Shown piece after piece: positions 37,560 through 51,417 of a stretch of 64,000 bases of DNA. The notes beneath the pieces were generated by a model. It was given only the letters and a program-made list of their open reading frames with translations, was not told the DNA's origin and made no database searches. Source of the stretch: Octopus sinensis (lineage: Eukaryota); contig NC_042998.1 in NCBI RefSeq assembly GCF_006345805.1, forward strand, positions 155,868,001 to 155,932,000, written 5' to 3'. The position numbers were made by a program, and so were the translations under genes. Position 1 is the stretch's first letter; every line of letters starts with the position of its first letter.

Positions 37560-38660
37560 GTTAAGTGGCTGAAGATAGAGGATGGGGAGGCAATGGTGTG
37601 CTTAGCTGTGCCCCGTGGTCATGACTGCAGTTGTGTTGCTGTGGAAAAATGGCCTACAACACTGGCTGCAGCAGTCTCCCCACCTTGCAAGGCTCATTTC
37701 TTAGATGAGTTGTCGTTATCCACATTTTATGAAGGAAAAGTGTGGAGTCCAAGAACACCTGTGGTCTTGATGACAACTGGCACAAACTGATAGCTAGTCA
37801 GGCCCCTATATTTATTTATTTTTCTCTCTTCTGCATTACAGGCAGCGATACCTTGGTTTGCAGCTGAAGCAACAAGGTTAGAGCCAGAGAACGTGTTGCT
37901 GCACATCATGTTGCAGACTAGGTATTTGCCTCCTCTGAATGGGAAGAGATTATTCTGTCAGGACACTTACCATCCCTGCGATCAAGACCTACTGGCTTCA
38001 GCTGTGACAGGAAGCCAGCAGTGTTGAGGGCCCCTTCTAATTCTGCCATTCAGAAAAGCATGTCAGGGAAATTGGCCTGTGTTAAGGATGCTGGATAATG
38101 GATGCAGGCCGAATTCATTGACTACTGTTCCACAATGACATTTGTATGGCTCACACACATGCAAACTGAGGCACTGGGCCACTCTGATATGAGTGCACTC
38201 ATCATATTGAAGGGTACTGGTAGATGAGGAGGGCACCGTATTGAGCCAAGCAGAACAGAGGCAGGCAATGCTGGTTTAGTTACGCCTCAAACTGCTCAAA
38301 AGTTGACTTGCATCTGATGTCATCCCAGTTATGTTGGACATACATATCTGGGAGCCAGCAAAGCCTTCAGAGATCCAACTGGCTAGGGCTGACCCCAGTT
38401 CCTGGGCCCACATCTGGTTCATTCCATGGAGTATCTCATCGATGAGGGTGCTGCTGTAGGAGACTGAAGAATGATAGGCCAGTACAGCCTGTTCAAAAGT
38501 ATAACCGAGACCAAGGCCTCTGAATCTAATAGGCAGTTTAGCCTGTTGTCAGTCAACACTGTCAAAACTAACATTGCAGATCAGTTCAGCATAGTGCCAG
38601 ATGGTGTTATCAATATCACTGAGGTGGCCTCTGAGAAGGTGACATGGTGCACTGCATAAC
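37560..38660 (-). pseudogene. CRE-like non-LTR retrotransposon C-terminus (restriction-like endonuclease)
   Basis: Minus strand KPVGLDRRDGKCPD..[frameshift]..GIAACNAEERKINKYRGL..YQFVPVVIKTTGVLG, the EP.GL.R.DG.RPD / AE..K..KY / F.P...ET.G pattern of RLE LINEs. Confidence 0.75.
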
Positions 38661-39835
38661 AAGAAAAATCACCCGAACATTCAGCTTAGAGGTAGGTGGA
38701 GTGAAAGAAAATGGAACCATTGCTTACCAAATATGAAGATACTGTGTTTTGGATATTTTAAATAAGTTTTAACTTTAAAATAATTTGAAATGTTGTGACA
38801 GCATTCTAAAATTGTTATAAAAATTTATAGTGCTGGGATAATAAGAAGTTGTGACAGAGATTTACACCAGTTAAGATAGCTTTATAGATAACATGCCAAT
38901 GAGGAGGGCCTCTATATGGTTATTTGACCAGTTAGAAATAGCAGACAAATCTCCCCTAAATCACCCCTTACCATCTTAGAAAAGTATACATTGTATAATG
39001 TTGTTCAGGGTTCTCAGCATACAGGACAACCATCATAGCTGAAATGTCTCTGGCCACGAGTTTCCTCAATCAGAACAAAATCAGGTTTAAATGACTACGA
39101 CAAAAATGTAAAAATTAATTAAATTAAAGGCAATTATATAGGTGTCATTAAAAAGTTAAGGAAACTGTACTGTGAAATGATCTAAAATCTAGGTTAGAGA
39201 GTGTTCATTAAGTAGGGTATTTTAAATAAAACCTTATATCTGGGTAACAGAATTTAATGTATTGAGTGTGTGCATCGTTGTATGTCTTATATACACTGTT
39301 AAATCTGTCTCTTAACCTGCATACCTTTCTTTCTATATAGTACTTGATGGTCACACTTCACCAAAGCTATTTACTAAACACTCCTTGACTTGTAAACCTA
39401 ATATCCTCATTATTCATCCATCCACCTACAGCACTTTCTCCTCTCCTCTCTATTCTCATTACTGTATCTGTCAAATGTGATTCTCATTTCTGTATCTGCC
39501 AGTTAGCATCCAATACTACTTCATTACTGTATTTATTTTGGGATGCTCTGTGTTTCATTCATTTACTTTAAATATAACAAAGAATTTCGTAAAAATAACT
39601 TGGTTATCATTCAGCTAGTGTTAGGAACATAAATTGTGACTAAGGTTTGGTGGAAGATTTTAATTCAAAACTTATGAAAACAAGACATTTGTACTCAGAA
39701 CCAGAGCCGGTTTCAGCCGGGTTGGTAACGAAAGGGTTAAAAACTTTTTTCAATTTCTTTTGAACAATTATAGTGAAAACCAGTAGAATGTAATGTCAAA
39801 TTTTTAATATATCTATTAGCATGTTACAAATATAT

Positions 39836-40162
39836 CTATTAGCATGTTACAAATATGCTATTGTTTTCACAAATATTAATACAGCTCAGAGAATCAGAAG
39901 ACGCACAATACAACAGAGAGAGAGAGAGAGAGAGAGAGATTATTATGAGAAATAAAAACAATAGCAATAATTAAATTCAACAAAATGTAGTGAACTGCTA
40001 ATTTTTAATCCACTACCCACCCACATCATTCTTCCCCACCTCTCTCTTTCGCTGTGTTTATCAATGTCTATCCCCTTTCTTTATCTACAATATTGTCACA
40101 CCCACACATAAACTTCGGCAGCGTTTTAAAGAAAAACCAGAACTCCCTTTTCGCAATGACAA
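39836..40162 (+). repeat. Direct copy of 50696-51026
   Basis: Identical by eye except (AG)12 versus (AG)14. Confidence 0.95.
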
Positions 40163-41529
40163 AAAGCACAAAATTAAAAGATAAATGACACATTCTATTT
40201 CTTTTAGATATATTAAATCCTGTTTTGTTTGTGTGCATGTGTGTGTGTGTGTGTGTGTGTGTGCATGTGTGTGTGCGTGTGTGCGTGTGTGTGTGTATGT
40301 TTGTAGATGTGTTAAATTTTTAAAATGTTTAACTTTTTGATTACATTTTAGTGATTTCTTATTTAATTATGCTTACATTGTTTATATTTTACATTGGCCA
40401 TAATGGGGCACTGTCTTCAGGAGTTTTAGTCAAACAAATCAATACTGGCACTTGTGTGTTTTAAAGTCAGGTGCTTATTCTATCAGTCTCTTTTGCTGAA
40501 CTGCTAGTTTATGGAACATAAACAACCCTACAGTGTTTGTCAAGCAGTGGTGAGGGAAAAACAGTTATACAATGACATATACATATATGCATATACATAC
40601 CATATACACACACATGTATGTATGTATGTATGTATGTATGTATGTATGTATGTGACAGGCTTCAACCAGTTTCTGTGCACCACATTCACTCACAAGGCAT
40701 TGGTCAGCCTAGGGCTATAGTAGAAGACACTTACTCAAGGTGCCATGCAGTAGGACTGAACCCAATAACTCATGATTTCAAAGTGAGCTTCTTAACTATA
40801 CAGCCAGCCTGCACATGTTTGTTGGTTTATAATATTATTTGTTAGAATATCTATTAATTATAAATTATATAGGCACAGGTGTGGCTGTGTGGTACAAAGC
40901 TTGTTTCCCAATCACATGCTTCTCTGTTCAGTTGTACTGTGTGCAACCTTGGGCAAGTGTCTTTTACCATACCTTCAAGCTGACCAAATGGATTTGGTAG
41001 ACAGAAACTGAAAGAAGCCTGTCATATATGTGTGTGTTTGTCCCCTAACTGCTTGGTATGTTTATGTACCCATAATTTAGCAGTTTGGCAAAAGAAACCG
41101 ATAAAATAAGTACCAGGCCTAACAAAAAATAAGTACAGGGGTTGATTCACTCAGCTAAAAATTCTCCAAGGTAGGTTACTCTGTTCGACACCCATGGAAG
41201 AAGCAATACACTTACACACACACACACAGACAGGCACACACACACACACGTATGTATGTATGTAACAGTGAACCAAAATGCTATGAACTGCATTAAACAG
41301 AAATTAAATTAGTTCTTAAAAAGACTAAACATGTAGTGAACTGGATTTCTGCTAAAATTACTACTTTTTGATAAGACTGAAAAAAAAAAAAAGACAGTTG
41401 ACATTAGAGAAAGCATATAAAATATTGTTTTCTATTAAAAAAGTAAAGATGTCTTTTTTAATGCACCTCTGTGCATTTCCACCTGTTTCTTTTTTAGATA
41501 TTTTTGTATACACACACAGTTTACATATA

Positions 41530-43121
41530 CAGTGAGGGGAAATAAATATTCGTACATGTCAAAATTCTTTATTTATTTAATTTCTAATGAACATAAATGA
41601 GATATACCAATACTATATTTGCATACACATGCATAAACTAAGAATATGCAAAGGAAACCAATAAATTATAGTAACTAAGGAATTTGTATACAATTATAAA
41701 TATTTAGTGGTGAAAAAGGTATTCGTACAGAACATAAATAACTTATAATTCTGATTTAATACTTCGTAGAATAACCATTATTCAGTTCCACTTCAACCAA
41801 TCTCTTCTTGTAGTTCTTAATCAATGACTCACATATTTCTTTAGGAATTTTTTTCCATTCTTCTTGACAAATTTTCTTCTAATCTGCAATGCACGTTGGG
41901 GCTCTTGAATTAATTTTAATTTTCAAATAATGCCACAAAGTTTCAATGGGGTTCAAGTCAGGTGACTGGCTTGGTCATTCTAATAATTTTATATTGTGAT
42001 CGACAATCCATTTTTGGTAGACTTCGCCGCGTGCTTAGGGTTGTTATCCCGTTGTAAAACCCACCCTTCACAAAGCTGGAGCTTTTCTACAGAGTTCCAT
42101 AAATTATTGTTCAAAATATTTTGATACATCTCTGCATTCATTCTACCATCTATCACATGTAAACTGCCAGTACTATTTGCAGAGAAACACCCCCACACCA
42201 AGATGTTGCCATCTCCAAACTTTACGGTAGGAATTGTGTTTTTCAGCGAATAGGCGGTACCATCTTTCCTCTAAACATGGCTATGCGAATTTCGTCCAAA
42301 CAATTCATTTTCGACTCGTCTGTCTATAGAACATTTTCCCAGAATGTATCAGATTATCTTTATGTTCATAAACAAATTTTAAACGGGCATCTCTATGTCT
42401 TTTAGTCAACAGTGGAGTTTTTCTAGGAGAGTGTGACTTCAGTTCATTGCTGATTGTTCATAGTGTAACACTAGTCCCTGAAGCTAACAAATCTTCTAGC
42501 AACTCCTTTCTGGTGCTCATTGCGTTTTTTTCTTAGTTCGATTCATTTTTCTTAAAGATCTAGGGGAAATCTTGCGTGGTGCACCGGATCTTATTCTGTT
42601 TTCAACAGTTCCTGATTTTTTATATCTTTGAATAAATGAAGATATGGTAGAAAATGGAATACAAAGGGTCTCTGATATTTTCCTGTAACTTTTACCTGCT
42701 TTTCACTGTTCAATAATTAAGTTTTTCACTGAATTTGTGAGTTCTTTACTTTTCGCCATAATTACGATACTACTTTATGTTGTCTCAGTGCTGAATGAAG
42801 AAGCTAGCATTTTGACACTTAAAAATGACAACTGATAAGATTATTGGAACAAATGAGAAAGTTCTAGTATAAAAAAATATTTTAACAGTATTTTGTGGCA
42901 TAGAAAATCATAAATTTATTCTGTACGAATACTTTTTTCACCCCTAAATATTTATAATTGTATATAAATTCCTTAGTTACTATAATTTATTAGTTTCTTT
43001 TGCATATTCTTAGTTTATGCATGTGTATTCAAATATAGTATTGATATATCCCATTTATGTTTATTAGAAAATAAATAAATAAAGAAATTTGACATGTACA
43101 AATATTTATTTCCCCCCACTG
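41530..43121 (-). mobile_element. Full-length Tc1-like transposon with long IR/DR-type TIRs (~200 bp)
   Basis: TA-CAGTG...CACTG-TA ends; the TTCGTACA motif is repeated at the outer and inner TIR ends. Confidence 0.93.
41756..42759 (-). pseudogene. Tc1 DD34E transposase pseudogene
   Basis: MAKSKELTNSVK..Q*..RSGAPRK, DESK, MVWGCF, RDNNPKH and SPDLNPIE; contains stops and frameshifts. Confidence 0.92.
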
Positions 43122-43129
43122 TATATATA

Positions 43130-43870
43130 CAGGTGTTGGACAAAATAATGGAAACACCTAAAAATTTCAAACAAATTAATTTTAATATGGGGTAGGACCG
43201 CCTTTGGCAATAATTACAGCTTCATTTCTATGAGGTATGCACTTGTACAAAGTTTAAATTGTTTCCAGAGGAATTTTTGTCCATTCTTCAGCTAAAACAG
43301 TCTCCAGTTCTTGTAGAGATGATGGTGGAGGATAATGACACCTTATTAGTTTTTCTAAAATGCACCATAAATGTTCAATAATAATGAGATCTGGAGACTC
43401 TGGAGAATGTTCCTTGTGCCATTCAGTAACAACTTTAGCTGTGTGAATTAGTGCATCACCATCCTGAAAGATTGCGTTTCCCTCCAGAAACAGTTCTGCA
43501 ACCAGAGGATGAATTTGATCTGATAAAATGCTTAAAGAGTCTTGGCTATTAATTCTGCCATGAACGGAAAACATTGGGCCGGCAGATTTCCAAGATATAA
43601 CCCTGAAGATCATCACAGATCCTCCTCTATGTTTAACAGTTGGAAGAAGGCAGTCTGGATCAAATGCTTTTTTTGGCTGTCTCTACATGTATACTTGGCT
43701 GGTGATCGGAAATAAAGTAAAGGATGACTCATCTGAGAAAATAACATTCTGCCACTGCTCTTAGGACCAATTCTGTAGGTTTTTACTCCACTCTAAATGC
43801 TTTGCAACGTTTGTTTTTGAAAGTAGTGGTTTTCTGATTGCAGACCTCCTGTGAAATCTGGCAAACACTT
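43130..43870 (-). mobile_element. Second, different Tc1-like element, truncated; forms the spacer of the inverted duplication
   Basis: TA-CAGGTGTTGGACAAAATAATGGAAACACC end; ORF 43254-43616 has FQDGDALIH..SPDLIIIEHLW. Confidence 0.85.
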
Positions 43871-43884
43871 TTTGTGCAAAATAA

Positions 43885-45441
43885 TTCTTTATTTATTTAT
43901 TTTCTAATAAACATAAATGGGATATATCAATACTATATTTGAATACACATGCATAAACTAAGAATATGCAAAAGAAACTAATAAATTATAGTAACTAAGG
44001 AATTTATATACAATTATAAATATTTAGGGGTGAAAAAAGTATTCGTACAGAATAAATTTATGATTTTCTATGCCACAAAATACTGTTAAAATATTTTTTT
44101 ATACTAGAACTTTCTCATTTGTTCCAATAATCTTATCAGTTGTCATTTTTAAGTGTCAAAATGCTAGCTTCTTCATTCAGCACTGAGACAACATAAAGTA
44201 GTATCGTAATTATGGCGAAAAGTAAAGAACTCACAAATTCAGTGAAAAACTTAATTATTGAACAGTGAAAAGCAGGTAAAAGTTACAGGAAAATATCAGA
44301 GACCCTTTGTATTCCATTTTCTACCATATCTTCATTTATTCAAAGATATAAAAAATCAGGAACTGTTGAAAACAGAATAAGATCCGGTGCACCACGCAAG
44401 ATTTCCCCTAGATCTTTAAGAAAAATGAATCGAACTAAAAAAAAAACGCAATGATCACCAGAAAGGAGTTGCTAGAAGATTTGTTAGCTTCAGGGACTAG
44501 TGTTACACTATGAACAATCAGCAATGAACTGAAGTCACACTCTCCTAGAAAAACTCCACTGTTGACTAAAAGACATAGAGATGCCCGTTTAAAATTTGTT
44601 TATGAACATAAAGATAATCTGATACATTCTGGGAAAATGTTCTATAGACAGACGAGTCGAAAATGAATTGTTTGGACGAAATTCGCATAGCCATGTTTAG
44701 AGGAAAGATGGTACCGCCTATTCGCTGAAAAACACAATTCCTACCGTAAAGTTTGGAGATGGCAACATCTTGGTGTGGGGGTGTTTCTCTGCAAATAGTA
44801 CTGGCAGTTTACATGTGATAGATGGTAGAATGAATGCAGAGATGTATCAAAATATTTTGAACAATAATTTATGGAACTCTGTAGAAAAGCTCCAGCTTTG
44901 TGAAGGGTGGGTTTTACAACGGGATAACAACCCTAAGCACGCGGCGAAGTCTACCAAAAATGGATTGTCGATCACAATATAAAATTATTAGAATGACCAA
45001 GCCAGTCACCTGACTTGAACCCCATTGAAACTTTGTGGCATTATTTGAAAATTAAAATTAATTCAAGAGCCCCAACGTGCATTGCAGATTAGAAGAAAAT
45101 TTGTCAAGAAGAATGGAAAAAAATTCCTAAAGAAATATGTGAGTCATTGATTAAGAACTACAAGAAGAGATTGGTTGAAGTGGAACTGAATAATGGTTAT
45201 GCTACGAAGTATTAAATCAGAATTATAAGTTATTTATGTTCTGTACGAATACCTTTTTCACCACTAAATATTTATAATTGTATACAAATTCCTTAGTTAC
45301 TATAATTTATTGGTTTCCTTTGCATATTCTTAGTTTATGCATGTGTATGCAAATATAGTATTGGTATATCTCATTTATGTTCATTAGAAATTAAATAAAT
45401 AAAGAATTTTGACATGTACGAATATTTATTTCCCCTTACTG
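43885..45441 (+). mobile_element. Inverted duplicate of the Tc1 element, missing the outer ~35 bp of one TIR (transposase pseudogene 44212-45215)
   Basis: ORF 44770-44982 is identical to ORF 41989-42201. Confidence 0.93.
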
Positions 45442-46364
45442 TATATGTAAACTGTGTGTGTATACAAAAATATCTAAAAAAGAAACAGGTGGAAATGCAC
45501 AGAGGTGCATTAAAAAAGACATCTTTACTTTTTTAATAGAAAACAATATTTTATATGCTTTCTCTAATGTCAACTGTCTTTTTTTTTTTTTCAGTCTTAT
45601 CAAAAAGTAGTAATTTTAGCAGAAATCCAGTTCACTACATGTTTAGTCTTTTTAAGAACTAATTTAATTTCTGTTTAATGCAGTTCATAGCATTTTGGTT
45701 GACTGTTACATACATACATACGTGTGTGTGTGTGTGCCTGTCTGTGTGTGTGTGTGTAAGTGTATTGCTTCTTCCATGGGTGTCGAACAGAGTAACCTAC
45801 CTTGGAGAATTTTTAGCTGAGTGAATCAACCCCTGTACTTATTTTTTGTTAGGCCTGGTACTTATTTTATCGGTTTCTTTTGCCAAACTGCTAAATTATG
45901 GGTACATAAACATACCAAGCAGTTAGGGGACAAACACACACATATATGACAGGCTTCTTTCAGTTTCTGTCTACCAAATCCATTTGGTCAGCTTGAAGGT
46001 ATGGTAAAAGACACTTGCCCAAGGTTGCACACAGTACAACTGAACAGAGAAGCATGTGATTGGGAAACAAGCTTTGTACCACACAGCCACACCTGTGCCT
46101 ATATAATTTATAATTAATAGATATTCTAACAAATAATATTATAAACCAACAAACATGTGCAGGCTGGCTGTATAGTTAAGAAGCTCACTTTGAAATCATG
46201 AGTTATTGGGTTCAGTCCTACTGCATGGCACCTTGAGTAAGTGTCTTCTACTATAGCCCTAGGCTGACCAATGCCTTGTGAGTGAATGTGGTGCACAGAA
46301 ACTGGTTGAAGCCTGTCACATACATACATACATACATACATACATACATACATACATACATACA

Positions 46365-46394
<30 letters not shown>

Positions 46395-46395
<1 letters not shown>

Positions 46396-47440
46396 TCACC
46401 CTTGTTTTCGTAGATGTCATCATCAACACAGTAGTCAATATTTTCTTCATGTGTGCATTGGTCACATGCATCATCAGCAATGGCATTCTGAGTCTACTGT
46501 GGAGCTGTTGTTGGTAGCTGATAGAGTTTCTGAATAACAGAACCTGTTCCTTCTACAAATAACAGAAAAAACATTTGCTCCAGTCTGATCAAATGTATCT
46601 TGGGACAAAATATGACAGACAAGTGGTATTACACTACCGCAGAAATTAGCTACTTCTGCTTAATGTTTCAAGAACAGCTTCCTCTCAGTTCATTTCTGAT
46701 TGAGATTTAATTACTTTGGTTCAAACTAGACTCCAAGTAACTTCACCAGGCCTTCTTTTCAGTGACAGAAATCACCACTGGTCAACATTGGTTTGCTTCT
46801 CCCAGTGCCCAGTTGCAAGCACATCAACTTGTCCCAGTTTATGTGTGCTCCCGTACAAACCTGGAACTCTTTTTAGTACAGTCAATTGTTTCTGTATCTG
46901 AAGAGTTTGACATCATGACTCTCTAGTGACTTGGTTCGAGTAAGATATCCCTTCAGAATCTCCAATTTCCATTGTAAAGACACCAGAGCCAAAATATACA
47001 GAAAAAGGGAGAAGAAGCATTCTTGATGAACCAAGTATTCATGCTAGACGGTTTCAACTGGTAGTCATTTAATTTGACAACTGAACAGATGTGACGATTA
47101 AGTCTCTGAAGACAGGACTGAAGGTGACAGTTGCTAGTGGGCAAATAGTTCACCTTGTTGAATGTTTTGGACCAGTAACCAGTGCCCGCGAAAGCCAAAT
47201 CTATTTCCAACTTGTTCTCCAATATTTTGCATGAGGTTGTTGTGGATAGATCTTCTGAGGATAGTACAGAATTGCACATTTCTGACTACATCGCTGACAA
47301 CTTGTGCCAACCTGTTGGTAAGCACTTTTAGCTTAAATTCTTAAGTCTATGTTGAATAGATTTTCTATCATGTCCTTGTTTGGATCCTTCTTTAGCAATA
47401 ACAACAACAATTAAATGCAGCTGATTATGATGACACACAT
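46395..47440 (-). pseudogene. L1/Tx1-like LINE RT fragment
   Basis: KVLTNRLAQVVSDVV..Q.C.I.RRSIHNNL, then CFFSLFLYIL(SPLLYIL-like) and LLGV.FEP (LG.WFGP-like); same family as 11660-13000. Confidence 0.75.
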
Positions 47441-47899
47441 CAAAGAAGTAGATTAATGAAAATGAAGCTTTTTATTAGATCAGAGCTAACAATATACATG
47501 AAGTAACATAATAGGAATTTTTTCACCAAATATGTGAGTTGTGGTAAGATCACCATACTAGTTGCATTCCCATATTATCAACAAAGATTCGTGCTTGTCA
47601 TTCAACGAGTCCCTTGCTGCACACATGGTGACAAATGCATCTGTATGGTCTCGATTGCTATGAGTTGAAACTCACAGAGCATTGCTGATTGGCTGTATAA
47701 GATATTTTACCATTCTGCTTGTGTAGACGAGGGAGAACCTTAAATTCTAGTCCATAGTGGAACCTCTAAAGAGATAAATTAATAGTGATAAAAGAATACA
47801 GTAAATTGTACACAACCAAAATGTAAAGAAGTTAATTTGATGCTTGACATCAAAATCAACCCTGATCAAGCAGACCGACAATTACACCTTAACAATAGG

Positions 47900-49613
47900 A
47901 ATCCCTTGCTTTATGGAAGTAATGCTTTCCTGTAAATCTAACCGTAACGTGAAATTCCGTAATACGAAATTTTGTTATTGATTTTCATAATATCAAGTGA
48001 TTGTATTTGAGAAAAAAAAGCACAAGAAAACAGAGAACAAGCAACACAATCACCCTTATACATGAAAATAACTATTTCTAAACATACTCAGTACAATAGA
48101 TACACAAAAACTCTAAAAACATTTGAAGATAAATAAGTTAGGGAGTCGTAATATCGTAAGAGTACGTTCTTCACACGAAAAAGGTTGACAACTGTGAGAG
48201 GGGTGGTGGTGGAATGAGCGTTACTAGGGAGATGAGGGACAATATTTACTAGCTTACTGTTCATTACCATGAACATCAACTTGAGGGGTGAAGAACTTAT
48301 CCAAAGTAGTTTGTTGCATAGCTCAATTCAGGAACTGAGCTCATTGTAAACTCACCTGTAATTTTTGTAATGTTCATAATTAGGATCATTATCAGCAAAA
48401 ACTTGCAGACCTTCCTCTATAAGCGTCAACCCTTTAATAAAAATTTTTTGTAGAAAATTTAAATGGTGTAGGTGGAATTTCTGTTGTCTCAACTGTATTT
48501 TCAGCGTGTTCTTTTTCCAACATCAACTCCTTGTTAGATAAACTTCTTCTCTGGGACTCTAACAACTCAGTCACCTCATCTTCTATGACTTATAATCCCA
48601 AATCTTTTGCAAGCGTCAAAATATCTTTCCGAATTTGATGTAGACTTTCTGGTTGAGGAAAACTTGTAATGTCACGGATACAATTTGGCCTACGACTCAC
48701 TTATATTATTCACAGCATCCATTGTGTTGAATTTCTTCCAGAAGTATCTAACTATAGGTTTATACTCCTTGTCAATTGCTTTCATAAGTTGTTTGAAAGT
48801 CATATGCCTTGAAGATAGCTATCACACCTTGATCCATCGGCTGGAATGAAGTTGTATTCTTGGGGATATATTCTACTCTCACAATATCAGAAAGTTCATT
48901 TAGGTTCGTAGGGTGACTCGGTGCATTATCTAAAAGAAGGTTCACCAGATTTTATAGACAATTCTTGCCTTGCATTTCTGACATAAGACCTAAACACGCG
49001 CGCACACACACACGTGTTGGGATACATGTTCATATCTGTGGCAGCTAGTTGGATTCAAAAGTTAATGAGTTGATAGTGGTAACGATGTTGGTTGCATTAG
49101 TTAGTAACAGTGGGCGGGTATCGTTGACGCTATAGTGGCTATATTGTATTGTGGTTAAGTCTCGAATCAATCCGCTTAGATCTAAGATCAAAGACATTTC
49201 ATTAAACTTTTAAAATACGCTAGGATACCAGATTATATGCTTTTGTTTGAAATGTTGTTTATCTCCTTTATACTGTATATTACTGCGGCAGTTGGTGGTT
49301 GTGTTCTGGTTGATGATAGGAACTCACACACATACATACATACATACATGTTCATATGTGCGTGTGTCTTTGTATCTGTGTTTGCCCCCCCCCCCCGCCA
49401 TCGCTTGACAGCCGATGCTAGTGTGCTTACGTCCCCGTAATTTAGCGGTTCGGCAAAAATAGCCCGATAGGATAAGTACCAGGCTTACAAAGAATAAGTC
49501 CTGAGGTCGATTTCTTTCACTAAAAGGTGGTGCTCCAGCACGGCCGCAGTCAAATGATTGAAAGAAGTAAAGAAATAAAAGAATATATTTATATATATGT
49601 ATTCACATTATGC

Positions 49614-49662
<49 letters not shown>

Positions 49663-49918
49663 GCGTATGCATGTATGTGTGTAACGTGTTGATAGTTTTC
49701 GAAATCGTTAACTATATACTGATCTTAACTAAAACGCAAGTGGTCATTGAGCTTAGAAGAAAGTGGTTTTAAATTGTTAACAATTAAAATATATGCAATG
49801 CAAGTTTCCGTAATAGCAAAATTACAGACCATACCCGGAAATTAATAGTCACACTTTACAATTTCAGTGTGTGTGAAATTCCGTAACCTGAGGTGATCGT
49901 AATGCGGAGAATACCTGT
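47900..49918 (-). mobile_element. pogo/Tigger-like element with transposase remnant at 48340-48905, carrying SINE and microsatellite insertions
   Basis: Minus strand P.NTTSFQPMDQGVIAIFK..FWKKFN.MDA; terminus CGTAATGCGGAGAATACCTG-TA. Confidence 0.7.
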
Positions 49919-50771
49919 ATTTCATATTTGTATATATCTATGACCAATATGTACTACCACTCTTAAACAGTAGGGTTTGAACTGGAGGGTAACTTAGCTG
50001 CTATTTCTAGAAGGTTTGTATAACTAACAGAAATCGAAAATATCGGAATAAAGCCTCGTGCAGTTACAGTTCCTATTATTCTATTTTAATTGCCACTTCG
50101 AGATTATTACATTTAGTTCATCATCGTCACTTTTTAAATGATATCAAGGTAATATTAATTTATGATATAATTACATATTGAAATCGACCAGTACGGATTT
50201 CCCTGCCACCCGTTTCTGATCGATCAATACAGCTGGAGTGTAACTAGAGGAATTTCCTATATAATTTCTTGAATAATAATGATGTAACAGGCAAGTGGGA
50301 AAAAAATGGAAGAATCTTAGAATCACTGGGAAAGATTTTCGGAAGATAGATGGAAGGAATAAAAACAAATGTTATTCGAAATAGCTGTTTTAATAGAATG
50401 ATGCTGGTTTCCAATGTTTTATTTTTGGTATAATAACATGGTTTGCCCATTAATTTTCAATCAAGCATTAATTCAAAGTATAATAATAATAATAATAAAC
50501 ACCTGTTCAACGATACCTGGAATTAGATTCTCTCTCTCTCTCTCTCACTCTAATCAATGTATGTTGGATGTATTCGTTCGTGTATACACGTTTGCGTTAT
50601 AGATGACATATGTTAATATTTCTGATAATTATAAGGGATAAATGAATTTTAATAAATTGAATCTTCACATAATTTCTGAATAACAATCTCAATCACTATT
50701 AGCATGTTACAAATATGCTATTGTTTTCACAAATATTAATACAGCTCAGAGAATCAGAAGACGCACAATAC

Positions 50772-50807
<36 letters not shown>

Positions 50808-51029
50808 TATGAGAAATAAAAACAATAGCAATAATTAAATTCAACAAAATGTAGTGAACTGCTAATTTTTAATCCACTACCCACCCACATCATTCTTCCC
50901 CACCTCTCTCTTTCGCTGTGTTTATCAATGTCTATCCCCTTTCTTTATCTACAATATTGTCACACCCACACATAAACTTCGGCAGCGTTTTAAAGAAAAA
51001 CCAGAACTCCCTTTTCGCAATGACAATGT

Positions 51030-51407
51030 CACATTCCGCCCGCCCACGTATAAACAACATTACAAATCAGAAGAGATGTGAGTGGCAGAGAAGATGCGGC
51101 GTCGGTGGTGAAGGGAATCCACCAGTGAAGCCCATATCGATACACAATCACGCATATAGAGAGCAATAGAAAGAAATACATTGAAGCGAATGTAAATAGT
51201 CAAACACAAACGATGTCGCGCACTCACGCATTGAATAATATTGCGGGGGCGTTATATTCTCTCTTTCAAAAGCTGGCTGCCGTGTAATTTATTCAGAACT
51301 TGTCAAGTCAGCGGGTACTTAGAGATGATTTGTGATATTTAAGACTTTTCTCATAGTTTAAATTCTCAGGGAATTTCTAAGCCAGCATTCACAATTTGGA
51401 TATCGCC
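51030..51407 (+). promoter_or_regulatory. Putative promoter / 5' UTR region
   Basis: Unique, locally CpG-retaining DNA with a GC-box-like CCGCCC, directly upstream of a Kozak ATG. Confidence 0.4.
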
Positions 51408-51417
51408 ATGGACGAAG
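51408..51417 (+). CDS. Putative first coding exon of an unidentified gene (M-D-E, phase 1)
   Basis: tcgccATGGACGAAG|gtaaga: strong Kozak context and consensus donor. Downstream exons not located. Confidence 0.45.

Larger units (their letters stand above)
40614..46393. repeat. Inverted segmental duplication (arms 40614-43086 and 43885-46393)
   Basis: SINEs, unique flank and the Tc1 element are all mirrored, with only a handful of substitutions. Confidence 0.95.
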
